Shown: positions 10,051 through 19,844, counted from the first letter of the stretch. The stretch is DNA of 52,211 bases from a virus (IMGVR_UViG_3300033149_003773:1-52211); one strand, 5' to 3'. A program made the numbers and translations. Notes: a model not told the origin generated them from the letters alone.

Positions 10051-11441
10051 GCGCTTTGCCTCCTTCGCAAGAACGCTATATTGCTACGCATCGAATACTT
10101 AGCAGGAATCAAGTTGTCATAAAATGCCACAGCCAACGCATCACCAATATCAGGTGAAAAACCATACTTTCTCTTAGCTTCGTTCTTGTCCATCAATTTT
10201 ATTTTACCATCAACATCGATTTCATATTCACGACTGGATAAATGTTGTAAAGCCAATTCGTCTTTGGGTAAAAATATTATTGGAAAACCATCTGCGGTAG
10301 GCTTGAATAAACCTCTCAATCTCCACCACGCTTCTGTTATAGCATTTCTGAATTGTTCTGGCTTCACAGCTTTAGCTTGCGGTATGAACTGATATAACTT
10401 ATATTTTCGCTTTTCTTTCCTGATTTTATGCGTTAACGTATCTAACACACCCGCACCAAAGCCAACCGACTCTATTGCTACCTTCTTCGCGCGATACAGA
10501 TTAGCTATCTTGTCAACTTCTTCCGCAACTTCAACTGTGTCCAGCTTGGAATACGTGTAAATCTTCTCAACCACATAGCCGTTGCGTACTACTATCGCTG
10601 TCTTGTCTTCACCACTTCTCGCAACGTCCACACCAATAATAACATCGCCATATACCTTGTCTTCATTTACCATCGAAAGCTCAATCCAAGAAGCAGGAAT
10701 AACATACCTTCCATCGCTCCTTGGAAATTCACCAAGCACCCTTATACGGTACACATCGCTATCTACACCATAAACACGTTCCATCTTCTTCAACCAATTC
10801 TTTGCAACAAGTGGACTCTCAAGGGAAGAAAACGTATATGTCCTGAATATGTCATCATTATCATTGAACACACGATAAAAATAACCGCTGTCTCTCGTTG
10901 GGTTTCCGACCGCTATAAGTCTTGCCCCTTCATTTGTCAATGCCGCATCTATAACCTCAAACATCCCATCTGTAATACCGCTCGCTTCGTCAACGATGAA
11001 CAACAAGTCATGCCCATGAAAACCCTGCATGTTCTCAGGTTTTCGTGCAGATACAAGTGTTGCAAACCATGTTTTTTTGTATTTCTCCTTCCTCGGTATA
11101 AGTTTTGAAGCCGTCTTCTCAAATAGCTTGTTTAATATCTCACTCCTTGCCATCCAAAAGCTCAACTCAGCCCAAAAGACATCATTCAACTGGTGCATAG
11201 TGGGTGCCGTTATCGGTATTCTACACAGCGGTCTCGTAAACATATACCATAACACTATCCATGACATAAGTGCAGTCTTACCAGTTCCATGCCCCGACTT
11301 TATCGCTATGTTATGCGCGTGAGGTAAATCTCGTAATACCTCTTCCTGTTGCTTAGTAGGTTCAGCTTTTAGTATCTCACCAACAAATAACAACGGATTG
11401 TCTCTATACCGCAAAAGCAACTTCGAAAGCATATCGTTCAC
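10029..11441 (-). CDS. terL: terminase large subunit
   Basis: Walker A KSGHGTGKT, Walker B LFIVDEASG, GNP coupling motif, nuclease IGVDVARSGED, C-terminal SPDIGDALA. Confidence 0.95.
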   Translation of the reverse strand: MNDMLSKLLLRYRDNPLLFVGEILKAEPTKQQEEVLRDLPHAHNIAIKSGHGTGKTALMSWIVLWYMFTRPLCRIPITAPTMHQLNDVFWAELSFWMARSEILNKLFEKTASKLIPRKEKYKKTWFATLVSARKPENMQGFHGHDLLFIVDEASGITDGMFEVIDAALTNEGARLIAVGNPTRDSGYFYRVFNDNDDIFRTYTFSSLESPLVAKNWLKKMERVYGVDSDVYRIRVLGEFPRSDGRYVIPASWIELSMVNEDKVYGDVIIGVDVARSGEDKTAIVVRNGYVVEKIYTYSKLDTVEVAEEVDKIANLYRAKKVAIESVGFGAGVLDTLTHKIRKEKRKYKLYQFIPQAKAVKPEQFRNAITEAWWRLRGLFKPTADGFPIIFLPKDELALQHLSSREYEIDVDGKIKLMDKNEAKRKYGFSPDIGDALAVAFYDNLIPAKYSMRSNIAFLRRRQSAWAEYRK

Positions 11442-11803
11442 TGATCTTCACCACGCATGGCAATCTTCACTAAATCGTCGTATAAATCATTACCTTGGTT
11501 TCCAATCTTCTTCATAAGTGCACTCATCTGCTTGAATGCAAGCACAGGATTCTGCTGAGTAGCCCTCGTTACACGCTTCTGTAACTCCGCCCTGTACTTA
11601 GCCTCTGCATGTTCCATTAACACACGAAAATCATCATAATCAAGCCACGCATAGTACTGCTCTGGCTTTATCATAGATAATGCACAAGCATCTTCTATGC
11701 TCACGCCAGCACTTATGTTCTCATATAATTGCTTCACATTCTCAAGTGTAAAGTCATCATCGTCTATCTTTGTATAATCAAGTGTATCAAACCATATCTT
11801 CAC
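11438..11803 (-). CDS. terS: terminase small subunit
   Basis: HTH GVSIEDACALSMIKPEQYYAWL, immediately upstream of terL. Confidence 0.7.
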   Translation of the reverse strand: MKIWFDTLDYTKIDDDDFTLENVKQLYENISAGVSIEDACALSMIKPEQYYAWLDYDDFRVLMEHAEAKYRAELQKRVTRATQQNPVLAFKQMSALMKKIGNQGNDLYDDLVKIAMRGEDQ

Positions 11804-12051
11804 GTATTAACCACCCCCATGTACTGCCTATCTAAACTTATAATACCATATTTTGGTTAATTCTGCTTTGAAAACAAACGGCAATTTTGAACAATACTGC
11901 CAAATGTTCTCATCACTTTAATTCTACACCATAATTGCCTAAAAACAAATAATATCGATTATAATATGCAAATTTGGTCGAATATGTATATCTTATTGTG
12001 CATATTTCACCCTGTTTAGTACTATCTATGCTGAAATACGTGTATTATCCG

Positions 12052-13230
12052 TTACTTTTGCACTTCTCTCATTTCTTTTATATTACTCATCGTCCAAAAA
12101 CCTTCAAAATCTGAATTTCTCAAGCTCCTTAGAAAGTCCAAATATTTAGAATTTAAATCATCGTCAATATCAAAAATCTGTTTTTTAATCTCCACTGCAA
12201 CAGGTAAAATACCCAACGGGGGGACTGCATTACCTATCTGCATTCTTACCTTGTTACGAGAACCGAAAAATACGAAATCATCAGGAAATGTCTGTAACCT
12301 TGCTCTTTCACGGTTCGTTAAAGGTCTTGGTTCTTCATAATGGTATCCATGTGTTCCGCCTCCACCATTAGCGATAACTGTATAAGCTGGTTCGTTTCTA
12401 TCAAGTTTTCTGTAAATATTACTCATTACACCCTTAATCTTTAAATGTTCAGGAAGATGTTTAAAGTTTCCACCTTCGGGAATGGCTCTAAGCATTTTTT
12501 TTACCTTATCTGAAACCTTGGGTAATTCATTATTATGTGAAACGAGTCCTACTTCCTTGAAGTATATGGCTTTTCCAGTAAAAGCTTCACCAGAAGAAAC
12601 ATAATTACCCTTGAAATATATAGGCTCTGGAAACACAAATTTCTTGCCTAAATCGTTTCTAATACCAATTATCAAAACTCTTTCACGTGTCTGCGGTACA
12701 CCATAGTCAGCAAAATTAACTTTATGAATAGAAACCGTGTATCTGTTGTTGGGGCATGAAATACCCTCTTTGTACATGTATACAGCCTCTTCCACAAAAT
12801 CAAAACTGTAATCATCATTAGTAGCTTCTGCTGGATTGGATAAGTCGTTGACTATCAAAGCTATGGCTTTACCATCGTTTGCACTTAGTATTCCCTTCAC
12901 GTTCTCTGCTATAAAAACCTTCGGTTCCTTATGAGCTATTATCTTCACAAGTTCTTTGTACAACCGTCCACGCTTTACATGTATGCCCCACCTCTTACCC
13001 AACATTGAAAAGTCCTGACATGGAAAACCACCTATCACGATATCCGCATCTGGTATATTATCAACACTTATGCTTGAAATGTCCCCCTGTATAACTTCAT
13101 GCTCAAAATTGGATCGATACGTTAAACATGCTTCTTTGAAAATGTCGTTTGCAAAAACAATGTCGTATCCAACAGCATAAAAACCTAAATCCATGCCTCC
13201 TGCACCCGAAAACAAACTGATTATCCGCAT
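12052..13230 (-). CDS. DNA (cytosine-5)-methyltransferase, orphan
   Basis: Motif I SLFSGAGGMDLG, IV GGFPCQDFS, VI ENV, VIII PQTRER, IX/X RERARLQTFPD and QIGNAVPP. Confidence 0.96.
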   Translation of the reverse strand: MRIISLFSGAGGMDLGFYAVGYDIVFANDIFKEACLTYRSNFEHEVIQGDISSISVDNIPDADIVIGGFPCQDFSMLGKRWGIHVKRGRLYKELVKIIAHKEPKVFIAENVKGILSANDGKAIALIVNDLSNPAEATNDDYSFDFVEEAVYMYKEGISCPNNRYTVSIHKVNFADYGVPQTRERVLIIGIRNDLGKKFVFPEPIYFKGNYVSSGEAFTGKAIYFKEVGLVSHNNELPKVSDKVKKMLRAIPEGGNFKHLPEHLKIKGVMSNIYRKLDRNEPAYTVIANGGGGTHGYHYEEPRPLTNRERARLQTFPDDFVFFGSRNKVRMQIGNAVPPLGILPVAVEIKKQIFDIDDDLNSKYLDFLRSLRNSDFEGFWTMSNIKEMREVQK

Positions 13231-13359
13231 TGAATACCTCCCCTCACATGTAAGTATAGCACAATACGTGCAAGCATATATATAAGAATTTTCTGTTCCC
13301 GTAAAAAAGGGGATATTTTCTAAATTTCCCTTTTTCCCTATATGAATTATATGGGGTAT

Positions 13360-13875
13360 ATAAGCATGTAATAGCTAACAGCTAATAATAAAAATAATAA
13401 TAAAAATAATAATATAGCTAATAGCTAATAGCTGACAGCTAACAAGCAGATAGCTAGCAAGCTTGGAACGTGCAACGTGTAGCATGTAGCACGTAACACA
13501 TAGCACATAGCACGTAGCACATAAACATAAAGCATGTAATAATAGCTAAGAGCTAAAGCATAATATAGCATGCTATAAGCTTGAGATAAAGCATATTTTT
13601 TTATGCTATATAGCTATTAAGGCATAGCATGCTTTAGCTATATAGCACGCTTTAGTTATTATTATTATTATCACTATTATATAGCTGGCACGTATAGCTA
13701 TAAAGCACATAGCATGCTATAAGGACATAGCATGCTTTAGCTGTATAGCATGCTTTTGTATAGCATGCTTTTATTATTTATTATTTATATTATTATCTCA
13801 TAGCATGCTTTAGCTGACAGCTAACAGCTAACAGCTAACAGCTAACGAGCTGGCAAGCTTGCAAGCTCCTGGCAT
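13360..13875. repeat. 7-nt-periodic, palindrome-rich intergenic repeat region between the divergent arms (candidate origin or control region)
   Basis: Tandem (AGCTAAC)n and (TAGCACR)n, many TAGCATGCT(A/T) and TAGCTA palindromes, AAT/TTA tracts; no ORF. Confidence 0.75.
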
Positions 13876-13942
13876 GTTTACATGGTTTTTACTTACTGAC
13901 AACGTTATGGCAATGTTAAAGGTATACCATTAGGTCAGGGAG

Positions 13943-14248
13943 GTGAAGAGTATGAGCATTGAAAGGTTGAAAGAGGCTTTAAAGGTAACTGATTATCACG
14001 TGTTCCACTTTAGGGGTCATTGTGATCTTTGCAATGACGAAAAACCACATGTACCGCATGTAATTGATACGTACTCTCCAGGTAATCCTGAAAGCGATAA
14101 TGCATGGGAGTTTGAAAGGTATTGTTTAGGTAAAGAAGGATTCGTTCCAGGGTTGGGTTACATAAGAATCGCTATTTGGCATCATCAGCCTGGTGATCCT
14201 CACACTGCTGAAGTTCATTATGGTTACTGGTATATCGAGGAAAAATAG
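13943..14248 (+). CDS. hypothetical early protein, family D (C..KPHVPH...YCLG.EG)
   Basis: GGGAGG RBS; paralog of 22768..23109. Confidence 0.75.
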   Translation: MKSMSIERLKEALKVTDYHVFHFRGHCDLCNDEKPHVPHVIDTYSPGNPESDNAWEFERYCLGKEGFVPGLGYIRIAIWHHQPGDPHTAEVHYGYWYIEEK

Positions 14249-14270
14249 CGTGCCGCTATGGCGCGCTATT
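14244..14270 (+). promoter_or_regulatory. conserved cassette-junction hairpin without U tract
   Basis: tagcgtgccgctatggcgcgct, identical to 14600-14621. Confidence 0.6.
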
Positions 14271-14290
14271 ACTTTATTGGAGGTGAAAGC

Positions 14291-14602
14291 ATGAAACTGA
14301 TTGATCTTTTAGAAAAAAAATACTACTTGGTGTTAGAAGGTCGTGAGGTTCCTTTACTTGCAAGTTTCTGTAACCCTATTGCAAGGTTTAACGATTTTAA
14401 AGACATAGACATAACACAGGATAATACTATAAAGCCGTCAGAAAAATATGTGGTGTGTGGTAACAAGAAACAGCTATACGTGTATAGTTTGGAACAAGAC
14501 GAGACAGCAAAGTATAAAGGTATCCTTGCATACAAGGACATGGGATTTGGAAAGTATCACGTGCTTGGGCGCGATGGCAAGTGGAAAGACTTGGTGATAT
14601 AG
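14291..14602 (+). CDS. hypothetical early protein
   Basis: GGAGGTG RBS before the ATG at 14291 (MKLIDLLE). Confidence 0.7.
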   Translation: MKLIDLLEKKYYLVLEGREVPLLASFCNPIARFNDFKDIDITQDNTIKPSEKYVVCGNKKQLYVYSLEQDETAKYKGILAYKDMGFGKYHVLGRDGKWKDLVI

Positions 14603-14630
14603 CGTGCCGCTATGGCGCGCTGTTTTTTTT
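14600..14630 (+). terminator. intrinsic terminator (cassette hairpin family)
   Basis: agcgtgcc-gctat-ggcgcgct followed by a T tract. Confidence 0.7.
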
Positions 14631-14675
14631 GTTTTGCTTGTTTTGTTTCTTTTGTCAATTTGAGAATGAAGGGAG

Positions 14676-15041
14676 TTGATAGGTATGAAGTATGTTTTCA
14701 TGGACGGTGTGAAAGCGCTTGAAAAGCAGAATTATATTACTCATGAAAGGATCAAGAATTTTTTTGAGAATGAAGATGTTGAAAGGATCATTGGAGCGTT
14801 ACTGCGTTCGCGATGGGTTCTTCTTGATCGACAGGGTAAGCCCGCGGTCGAATACTGGGCTTTCCTTGTATATGATCCGCTTTCGAACAGGTTCATGGTG
14901 CTATCGCATGCACCAAATGACAAAGACAAGAATTATATCTACTTATATTCGCTCCCTCCAGTTTGTGATGTTAGTTTTGAAGATGTATATCGTGATCTTG
15001 AAAATGTTGTAGAAGATTATCCGAGCGTTACCATGGCATAG
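14676..15041 (+). CDS. hypothetical early protein
   Basis: AGGGAG RBS; followed by a junction hairpin. Confidence 0.7.
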   Translation: MIGMKYVFMDGVKALEKQNYITHERIKNFFENEDVERIIGALLRSRWVLLDRQGKPAVEYWAFLVYDPLSNRFMVLSHAPNDKDKNYIYLYSLPPVCDVSFEDVYRDLENVVEDYPSVTMA

Positions 15042-15094
15042 GGTGCACTGTTCCGTGCGCGCTGTTCTTTTATGTTTAACTCTTAGATAAGGGA

Positions 15095-15379
15095 GTGGTG
15101 AGCATGGTTAAGGCTTTGGTTTACTCATATGGATACATAGGCACCGAGGACTTGAGATATTGCTTGTTCGCAGTGCTTGAGAATGTACTAAAAAACATGA
15201 GTGATAATGAGAAGATTAACAGGATAGGTTTTATAGGCAACGAATGGCGCTATCCGTTAACTGAGATTTTTTTTAATAGTTTCGTTATCAAAGATGATAG
15301 GATAATCGCATGTGATAACTTTAACCGAGTATGGGTAAAAGATAAGGATTCGTGCTGCTGGTTTCTAAAAACACTGTAA
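15095..15379 (+). CDS. hypothetical early protein, family C
   Basis: VKAL.Y...W..P..EI.F...D.I.ACD...R.W.K; paralog of 22446..22751. Confidence 0.75.
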   Translation: MVSMVKALVYSYGYIGTEDLRYCLFAVLENVLKNMSDNEKINRIGFIGNEWRYPLTEIFFNSFVIKDDRIIACDNFNRVWVKDKDSCCWFLKTL

Positions 15380-15383
15380 GGGA

Positions 15384-15692
15384 GTGGTAAGAATGGGTTA
15401 CAAAGTGAGTAACTATCCGTTGGAAAATTTTCCTTACTTGGACGTTGCAAGCTGTAAGCGTTTTGTTCATGCTCACAGGAACGTGTTTGCACGTTCTACC
15501 AGGCGTTATGTGGTTTCTACTCTTCCAACAGCAATAAAAGAAGTGAGTACAAGTCCCGATGGAAACAAAGCATATTGGCTTTGGGTTTTTAGAAGAGGTT
15601 ACTATAGCGTTATACAGTTCGACTCAAAACCGTCAAGAAACGAGATTACAAGAGCGATCAATGAGTCGTACACTGAAGAGTTTAATGATTGA
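15384..15692 (+). CDS. hypothetical early protein, family B
   Basis: SC..FV..H.N...SP.....YWLWVF...PS motif shared with 15827, 16192 and 20757. Confidence 0.75.
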   Translation: MVRMGYKVSNYPLENFPYLDVASCKRFVHAHRNVFARSTRRYVVSTLPTAIKEVSTSPDGNKAYWLWVFRRGYYSVIQFDSKPSRNEITRAINESYTEEFND

Positions 15693-15749
15693 CAGTGCGC
15701 TGTAACGGGCGCGCTGTTCCTTTTGTGGTTTTGTAGTGGTGAATCCGAG

Positions 15750-15822
15750 TTCTTGAGAATTTGAGAAACTGAGAATTCATCAATTCGAGAACTCGAGAAG
15801 TTGAGAATTTGAGAATTTGAAA
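15750..15822 (+). repeat. (TTGAGAAT)n 8-nt periodic leader array
   Basis: ttgagaat ttgagaaa ctgagaat tcatcaat tcgagaac tcgagaag ttgagaat ttgagaat, directly before the RBS. Confidence 0.8.
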
Positions 15823-15826
15823 GGGG

Positions 15827-16189
15827 GTGCGTGAAATGAAATTAAAAGAAGTTTATTATCATGATGACGGTTTCCTGTATTTAGAGGGTGAAAGTTACAC
15901 GGTTCATGTTCATAGGTTGCCGTCAAGTTTTTGTGTCAGTGTTGGGAGTTGTAGAGATTTTGTTTATAGACATCGTAACATTTTTGATAGTTTAACACTT
16001 GTTCATTTGGTATCAAAAAAACCTATAGCGTTTTATGAGGTTGGCATCTCACCATGTGGAACGCATAAAAATTTTTGGATATGGGTTTTTGATAGTGGTA
16101 TCTATTATGTAGTAAAGTTTCATGGTAAACCTTCAAAAAATGAAATTATTGAGGCTGTGAATTTAGTAAAATTTGAAAGGGGGCGGTAA
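15827..16189 (+). CDS. hypothetical early protein, family B
   Basis: SCRDFVYRHRN...SPCG...FWIWVF...PSKNEI. Confidence 0.75.
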   Translation: MREMKLKEVYYHDDGFLYLEGESYTVHVHRLPSSFCVSVGSCRDFVYRHRNIFDSLTLVHLVSKKPIAFYEVGISPCGTHKNFWIWVFDSGIYYVVKFHGKPSKNEIIEAVNLVKFERGR

Positions 16190-16191
16190 AG

Positions 16192-16533
16192 GTGAGTTAT
16201 AAGGCTAAACATTATTTACTTGATAAAGAATTTCCATATAAGAATTATTTTAGCTGTGAACGTTTTGTGTTAGACAACACAATTCATAGAGGTGCATCAC
16301 GTTGTTTCATCGCATTAACTAACCCTGTTGTCTTGAAAGAGGCGTTCATTTCACCTATAAGGGAAAAGTTGGAGGGACATTCTGGGAGGTTTTGGATGTT
16401 TGAAAAGGGCTGTGTTACAGTTATCGAGTTTGATAGTGATCCTTCATGGGATGAGTTAATGAGTGCTCTATATTATGAATCGTTGGATGCTTTCGATCAT
16501 GAGAAGTTAACACTCAGTGGCGTGCTGATATAG
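16192..16533 (+). CDS. hypothetical early protein, family B
   Basis: FPY....SCERFV...ISP...FWMF...EFDSDPS. Confidence 0.72.
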   Translation: MSYKAKHYLLDKEFPYKNYFSCERFVLDNTIHRGASRCFIALTNPVVLKEAFISPIREKLEGHSGRFWMFEKGCVTVIEFDSDPSWDELMSALYYESLDAFDHEKLTLSGVLI

Positions 16534-16560
16534 CACGCTGTTTTTTGTTGTTTCATGACT

Positions 16561-16648
16561 TTATCAATTTGAGAAGTTGAGAATTTATCAATTCGAGAAT
16601 CTGAGAAGTCGAGAATTTATTAATTTGAGAATGAAAGGGGTTGAGAAT
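16561..16648 (+). repeat. (TTGAGAAT)n leader array
   Basis: About 10 units including ttatcaat variants, between a hairpin and the ATG at 16649. Confidence 0.8.
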
Positions 16649-16951
16649 ATGAAAAGAAAACTCAAGGATAAGATCATAAAAGTTGAATCGATTAAAAAGT
16701 TTAATGTTTACACAGATTTAGGTATATCGGATCCTGGGGATCTTAAGTATCTTGAGAATGTTGAGATATACGATACATGGGATCAGTTGAAGCAATCTTT
16801 TGCTGATTTTGTTCAACGAATTTATGGCTTGTCGGATTTCGTCATGAAATACTTCGATATGGATTCGTATCTATACGACGGTATATTGGAACATGATTTT
16901 GAGATATATTATCTTGAATTTACTTGTCAATATGTTATTATTTATCAATAA
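16649..16951 (+). CDS. hypothetical protein
   Basis: Start at 16649 after an AAAGGGG RBS; the upstream ORF extension is leader repeat. Confidence 0.65.
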   Translation: MKRKLKDKIIKVESIKKFNVYTDLGISDPGDLKYLENVEIYDTWDQLKQSFADFVQRIYGLSDFVMKYFDMDSYLYDGILEHDFEIYYLEFTCQYVIIYQ

Positions 16952-16976
16952 TTTTTTGAAAGGGGGGCGGTAAGCA

Positions 16977-17240
16977 ATGGGAAAGATTACCAGAGAGAGC
17001 GAGAAAAAAATTAATATGGTTAAGCTGGAACTTGAGAATCTTAGCAACGTTCAGAGTGAGAACTTGAGAACTTTGACTAATGTTATTTCAAAACTGGAGT
17101 CAAGAGATGAAAACGAGCTTGAGAAAATGATTATTAAGAGCTGTTTAGAACTTGAGAATTTAAGGGATATTCACGAGATCATTTTGAAAAAGCTTAATAA
17201 CGTTGTTCTAAAATTACAAAGCATGATAAAGGAGTGGTAG
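16977..17240 (+). CDS. small coiled-coil protein with internal duplication (LELENL x2)
   Basis: GGGGGG RBS, heptad pattern. Confidence 0.65.
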   Translation: MGKITRESEKKINMVKLELENLSNVQSENLRTLTNVISKLESRDENELEKMIIKSCLELENLRDIHEIILKKLNNVVLKLQSMIKEW

Positions 17241-17731
17241 AGATGTTTGAGAAAATTTCATCGTTAGATTATATAACATTTTATAAATGCAATGAAGGAG
17301 TAAGGTTAAAAGATTTTCAATTGTATATAAAAAGTAATGAGCCAGGCACGTTGCGTTTGCCGTGTCCTGGTGAGATGGAATTTGATGCCATTAATAAACA
17401 ATTGTTTTTTATACCTGATTTTAATTCAAAGAAAAAGCTTGTCATACTACAAGTAATTGGTTTTGATTTTTTCATTGACATTACCAGTGCTGTTAATGCA
17501 AATGTATACAGCATATTTGATGAAAAAATGATTAGAAAAATAGACGCTTGGGGTGGAAAAAATGTTAAACACTTGTATGCTTTTATATGTGATAGCAATA
17601 TTGTGTATTTTGAGACTGTGGAAACTGTGAAAAATAAGGAAATTGTTAATGGTTGGATTATCGGGGTGTTTGGCTTTAATGAGGTTCAGTTATTTAAAAT
17701 ACCTCGTATTTTAGAAAAAAGGGAGGAGTGA
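17234..17731 (+). CDS. hypothetical protein
   Basis: AAGGAG RBS, coupled ORF. Confidence 0.65.
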   Translation: MVEMFEKISSLDYITFYKCNEGVRLKDFQLYIKSNEPGTLRLPCPGEMEFDAINKQLFFIPDFNSKKKLVILQVIGFDFFIDITSAVNANVYSIFDEKMIRKIDAWGGKNVKHLYAFICDSNIVYFETVETVKNKEIVNGWIIGVFGFNEVQLFKIPRILEKREE

Positions 17732-18205
17732 GTGAAAATGGGTAAAAGTATTATTAAAAAGGAAGGGTTTTATTATGACATTTTGGATTCAAGGCTTGCC
17801 GTTACTTTGCCGAGGAATAATAGAACGTACGGGGTACCAAGGGACATTACTGAGATCGAGGAAATTAAAAGTTTTCTTGTTAATTTTACTAAGAAACTGG
17901 TTGAGAAAAAAGAAAAACCGATGGTTATCGTACGGGTTGAGGATAAGGATAATACTAAAACAATCAACAGGGTATCATTTAGAATACTTTTAGTTGATTA
18001 TGAGATAATCATTAAAAACGTCTATTGTGGCGGTGTTTGGGGCATGGATAGGATTTTTTCAGTGCTTTACAACTTCGAGGATCTTCTTAGTCGCATTACA
18101 TTTGGAGATTATAATAGTTTTGATCATTATTCTGATTACAGTCTAAGCAATAATTATAAGTTACTTAGTGATATGTTTTATTATATTAAATATGAAGAAG
18201 ATTAG
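17732..18205 (+). CDS. hypothetical protein
   Basis: GGAGG RBS; followed by a hairpin at 18226-18250. Confidence 0.65.
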   Translation: MKMGKSIIKKEGFYYDILDSRLAVTLPRNNRTYGVPRDITEIEEIKSFLVNFTKKLVEKKEKPMVIVRVEDKDNTKTINRVSFRILLVDYEIIIKNVYCGGVWGMDRIFSVLYNFEDLLSRITFGDYNSFDHYSDYSLSNNYKLLSDMFYYIKYEED

Positions 18206-18306
18206 TAGTAAATGGGAGATCTCTTAAGGCATGCTATCATGGCATGCCTTCGTTGTGAAACATATAAATTTGAGAATTTAAGAATTTGAGAATGGGAGGG
18301 CTGATT

Positions 18307-18555
18307 ATGACTAAGTCTATAAACGAAGAATTTGAGGAATGGTTGCAAAGTAAAAATACTAAAATAGCTGATAGGTGTCTTGAGAAACTCAATGAGGATA
18401 TTCTGGATTTGTGGGAAGATGAAGATACCAGATATGTTGAAATATCTGAGGTGTCAAGTCATAAACCTATACCAAATTATTTGTTTCACCAAGTGCTGAG
18501 GTTTATAAAAGCAACGAATAGGTGGAGTGTATTCGATGGTATTTTGAAACATTAG
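18307..18555 (+). CDS. hypothetical protein
   Basis: GGGAGGG RBS after a GAGAA leader. Confidence 0.6.
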   Translation: MTKSINEEFEEWLQSKNTKIADRCLEKLNEDILDLWEDEDTRYVEISEVSSHKPIPNYLFHQVLRFIKATNRWSVFDGILKH

Positions 18556-18581
18556 GACTTTTTGAAATTTGAGAATTTAAG

Positions 18582-18616
18582 AAAAAAAGAGCCCGACTGA
18601 TGTCGGGTTCTTTTTT
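18582..18616. terminator. bidirectional intrinsic terminator
   Basis: aaaaaaagagcccgac-tgat-gtcgggttctttttt between convergent genes. Confidence 0.85.
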
Positions 18617-18630
18617 ATGCTTTATATATT

Positions 18631-18891
18631 TTATTCTGGAAGGTGGACATATAGCTGTTTATAGTTGTTTCTGCTTCGATAAATGCCATAATAAGTCCTT
18701 AAAGTGTTTCTCATGGAACGGTGCATGACGTTAATGAGGCTTTTTCGCTGGTTGATAGTTTTACGTCTCGACTCGAGGATCAAAAGGAAAAACTCGTTTA
18801 TAATGTCCTCTCGTTCTTTGTTGAGAATTGCCCTGATCCCCTTTGGGTATCTTGTCAAAGCAGTATAGAATAATTGTTCAACCTTTGTCAT
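18631..18891 (-). CDS. small basic protein, possible sigma-70 region-2-like
   Basis: EREDIINEFFLLILE...SLINVMHRSMRNTLR resembles ECF sigma region 2; ATGA-coupled to the upstream gene. Confidence 0.45.
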   Translation of the reverse strand: MTKVEQLFYTALTRYPKGIRAILNKEREDIINEFFLLILESRRKTINQRKSLINVMHRSMRNTLRTYYGIYRSRNNYKQLYVHLPE

Positions 18892-19199
18892 TTATTTACC
18901 CCCTTCCATTTGTAACTGCCTGAGATTTTGTTGATGAGCCAGCGGTTGCCTTCGTCGTCGCGTGCTTCGATCCAACAACTGTTTGAAGAGTCTTTAATTT
19001 CTTCAATGATTACAATGTCGTCTGGAACAGAATCTTTGCTAATACCGCACTTTTCTGCCCCAGAAAACATAGTCTTGTACATGATTGCGATTGTAAATTC
19101 TTCGTCGGTAGCACCAAAGCGTTCTAAGTCTCTTATTAAAACACCGCTACGTTCACCGCTACGCTTGTTCTTGAATGTCATCATCCTGAACCTTTCCAT
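18888..19199 (-). CDS. hypothetical protein (distant family C-like C-terminus)
   Basis: AAAGGGAGTG RBS before the ATG at 19199; WIEARDDEGNRWLI. Confidence 0.65.
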   Translation of the reverse strand: MERFRMMTFKNKRSGERSGVLIRDLERFGATDEEFTIAIMYKTMFSGAEKCGISKDSVPDDIVIIEEIKDSSNSCWIEARDDEGNRWLINKISGSYKWKGVNK

Positions 19200-19310
19200 G
19201 CTTTCACTCCCTTTCATGTGTTGTGTAATTTATTGTCTCATATATATATAACATTACCATTGAGGCGATGTAACGACTTGTTTGGATATGATTACATAAA
19301 GATGAATCAC

Positions 19311-19338
19311 TATGTTACAGACTCCCATATAAGTGGAG
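19311..19338 (+). promoter_or_regulatory. 28-bp conserved upstream motif, copy 1
   Basis: tatgttacagactcccatataagtggag, 26/28 identical to 23227-23254. Confidence 0.65.
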
Positions 19339-19435
19339 AGGAAAAGAGATGAGAAAGTTGGAAAAGAGGAATATTGAGAATTGGGAAAGTTTGAGAATTC
19401 GAGAAATTCGAGAATTTAGGAGAGGAGTGATATTG

Positions 19436-19804
19436 ATGGAAGGCAAGGACAGGATAGTTATAGTTGATGTAACGTACGGGTTTTGCGAAGAGAGGCAAGA
19501 GTTCCGTGCTCTACTCAAAGCCTATATTTCTGAGGAAGACGGACTTTTGCCTGAGATATTTAGAGACAAAAGTGAGGACTTTTGGGGTAGTGCATTGACT
19601 TCAACCTGGGGCTGGAGTTCGGAGGAAAGAGATGGATATCGTTATAATCATAAGGAGTTGTATCATCCTGATCTTGAGTTGTTGAGAGATCAAGTAAAAG
19701 ATTATATTAACGATGAGATTGAGCACTTGAGAGAGGTTGTCCATGCCAATGTTTTGGCACATGCTGAGATTCCAGAGCCAGAGCACTATGAGTTTGTGAT
19801 ATAG
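19436..19804 (+). CDS. hypothetical early protein, family A
   Basis: WGW...RDGYRY...PDL...EIEHLREVV...PEPEHYEFVI; GAGGAG RBS. Confidence 0.8.
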   Translation: MEGKDRIVIVDVTYGFCEERQEFRALLKAYISEEDGLLPEIFRDKSEDFWGSALTSTWGWSSEERDGYRYNHKELYHPDLELLRDQVKDYINDEIEHLREVVHANVLAHAEIPEPEHYEFVI

Positions 19805-19844
19805 CGTGCAGAAATGCGCGCTATTACTTGAGGAGGTGCTAACA

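Noticed and set aside
1773-11322. Short plus-strand ORFs opposite the structural genes
   Set aside because: Antisense shadows of well-supported minus-strand genes, without RBS or motifs
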